From Lenisia limosa (taxonomy: Eukaryota > Protista > Breviatea): a stretch of 34,347 nt of DNA. Both the position numbers and the translations under genes were made by a program. The stretch is from NCBI GenBank assembly GCA_001655205.1, contig LPNZ01007768.1:1-34347 (forward strand), given 5' to 3'. Below, in pieces: positions 32,911 to 34,347 of this stretch. Every line of letters starts with the position of its first letter. The stretch's first letter is position 1. The notes beneath the pieces are model-generated. The model worked only from the letters and a program-made list of their open reading frames with translations, made no database searches and was not told the DNA's origin.

Positions 32911-34347
32911 CTACTCCTCAACAGAACCCGAGGAGGGTGCCAAAGAGGCTCTTCGCGCGCGGCGCGCACTGAGTAATCAACTCTTTCAGAAAACAAAAGC
33001 AAAAAAAAACACACAGGGTTTTGATAGAGAGTATTAAGATGGGTTTGACCCCCCTACGCGAGTTTATCATCATCAACATCGGCTCCGCGAGTGGCTCTGC
33101 GGGCTCTGGATCGGTCAATTTGGCCACATTGGGACAAGGCATGATATTACGTAATGTGGCAATATAAGAAGCATAGAAGGACTAACCTATAGTTCGAGGG
33201 GGGCGTAGCGCCGACGCCTGACGTGGCCGTTCGTCTAACTTGTCAAAGATGTGGAAGTAACCAACCGAAGCTGTCCACCCCATCACTTATATTGCCCAGT
33301 AGTTCCAGATTATTCGTACCTTTGCGCCAATATTCATCGAAATTTACTTCGTTTTACTCCCCTCCCACCTTCTCGGGGTGACAGCCTCGTCCTCAGGGTT
33401 GTTGCCCGGGGACGTGGGGCCCATGACGCCGCTAAAACGTGAGCACGTGCCACAGCAACCAGGTTATTATAATGTGAGCACGTGCCACAGCCAACCTCTG
33501 TCGCCTGTTGCGTCTCACTTCAAGCTTCAGCTTGCGGACTTCGTTGCGAAGCTCCTCGGCCTGCCATTGTCAGCAACATCCTCAGTCATCTGACCAACCT
33601 CGTCTTCGGCTTCCTTGGCGCGGGCCTCAGCCTTGGTGACCTTCTTCTGCATCAGGCGGGCCTCCTCGGCTTGTCGGCGTGCGGCGGCCGCATCTCCTGT
33701 CCGTTAGCCATTTGGGGGGATTAAGTTGTGCCCCATTTTTATGAAAAAGCGTTGAAGGCCAACCAGGCGCAGAGACCGGAGCCTCGGTACGGGAGCTGTC
33801 ACGTGCTTCACGCTCGAGCTTCTTACGTGCCTTCTCTGCCTCGTTCTACGGGGTCAGAATTGCTGCGATAGGGGCCTCATAGAGAAATATGGCACATAGC
33901 CGCGCAAAGCCCTCCAACCTTGGCCAGGGTGAGGTCGTTGACTTGCTGGCGGAGAGTGGCAAGCTCCTGACTCGCCTTGCGACGGTTTTTGTCTGGGCCG
34001 TCAAATGGATTGCACTCTCTTGCGTCTCAAGAGCAATAGCAATTGTTTTTATCTATGAGCATGAGCATCCCCCAACCGGCAGTAGCGGCCTTTGTTGTGG
34101 CCTCTTCGACAGTCTCCTTCAGCTCGTCAATCTCCCTCTTCGTCGTTCTGGATGTCAAAGACGTCTTCAATCAGCTTCCCTTCGAAATGCACCGCCAAGC
34201 CCTCCAACCTGAGGCTCTTCTCAGCGCGAGTGGCGCGGTCGGTGGCGGCGTCCGTTGCCCTCTTGAGCTCACTGATCTGACCCTCAGCTGCCTGGGCTCT
34301 CTTCTCGGCCTCCGTGCGTGATGATTCAGCCAGGTCCTGAACGCATT
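32911..34347 (-). CDS. 3' part of a long coiled-coil protein resembling a myosin II heavy-chain tail with a non-helical tailpiece (5' partial)
   Basis: Exons give AESSRTEAEKRAQAAEGQISELKRATDAATDRATRAEKSLRTTKREIDELKETVEEA, KNRRKASQELATLRQQVNDL, NEAEKARKKLERE and AEELRNEVRKLKLE. The tail ends ...RRARRASLAPSSGSVEE*. No motor domain is visible in the window. Confidence 0.5.
33439..33496. repeat. 35-bp-period duplication that makes up most of a 64-nt intron
   Basis: gtgagcacgtgccacagc at 33439 and 33474. On the minus strand the copies begin gttggctgtgg (the true donor, 33495) and gttgctgtgg. Confidence 0.85.

Noticed and set aside
11300-34347. Cytoskeleton/cilium gene cluster (LIM-PH, Rho-like, meckelin, myosin-like)
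   Set aside because: These genes are interleaved with unrelated housekeeping genes on mixed strands, and such categories are large enough to co-occur by chance.

Overview
Eukaryotic, gene-dense and intron-dense window, most likely from a flagellated protist. The standard genetic code fits, GT-AG introns are mostly about 30-80 nt, and there are five N gaps. The supplied ORF track mostly shows exon fragments, intron read-through and antisense ORFs, so I rebuilt genes by hand exon by exon. From left to right: a TmcB/TmcC-like membrane/TPR protein (-, running off the left edge), DCAF12-like WD40 protein (+), LIM/Pro-rich/PH protein (-), succinyl-CoA ligase alpha (-), CGR1/CCDC86 (+), DUF1749 alpha/beta hydrolase (+), a large protein with an N-terminal degenerate Rho-like pseudoGTPase domain (-), TMCO1 (+), meckelin/TMEM67 (+), and the 3' end of a myosin-II-tail-like coiled-coil gene (-). 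Three observations stand out. (1) Several short tandem duplications sit exactly on splice sites, including a 39-bp x4 array whose unit is itself a GT...AG mini-intron around an AG|GT junction. (2) A Rho-fold domain has lost all five G motifs and is fused to three copies of an unnamed module. (3) Six consecutive introns of one gene use GTTGG donors. All gene models are manual predictions without transcript support.
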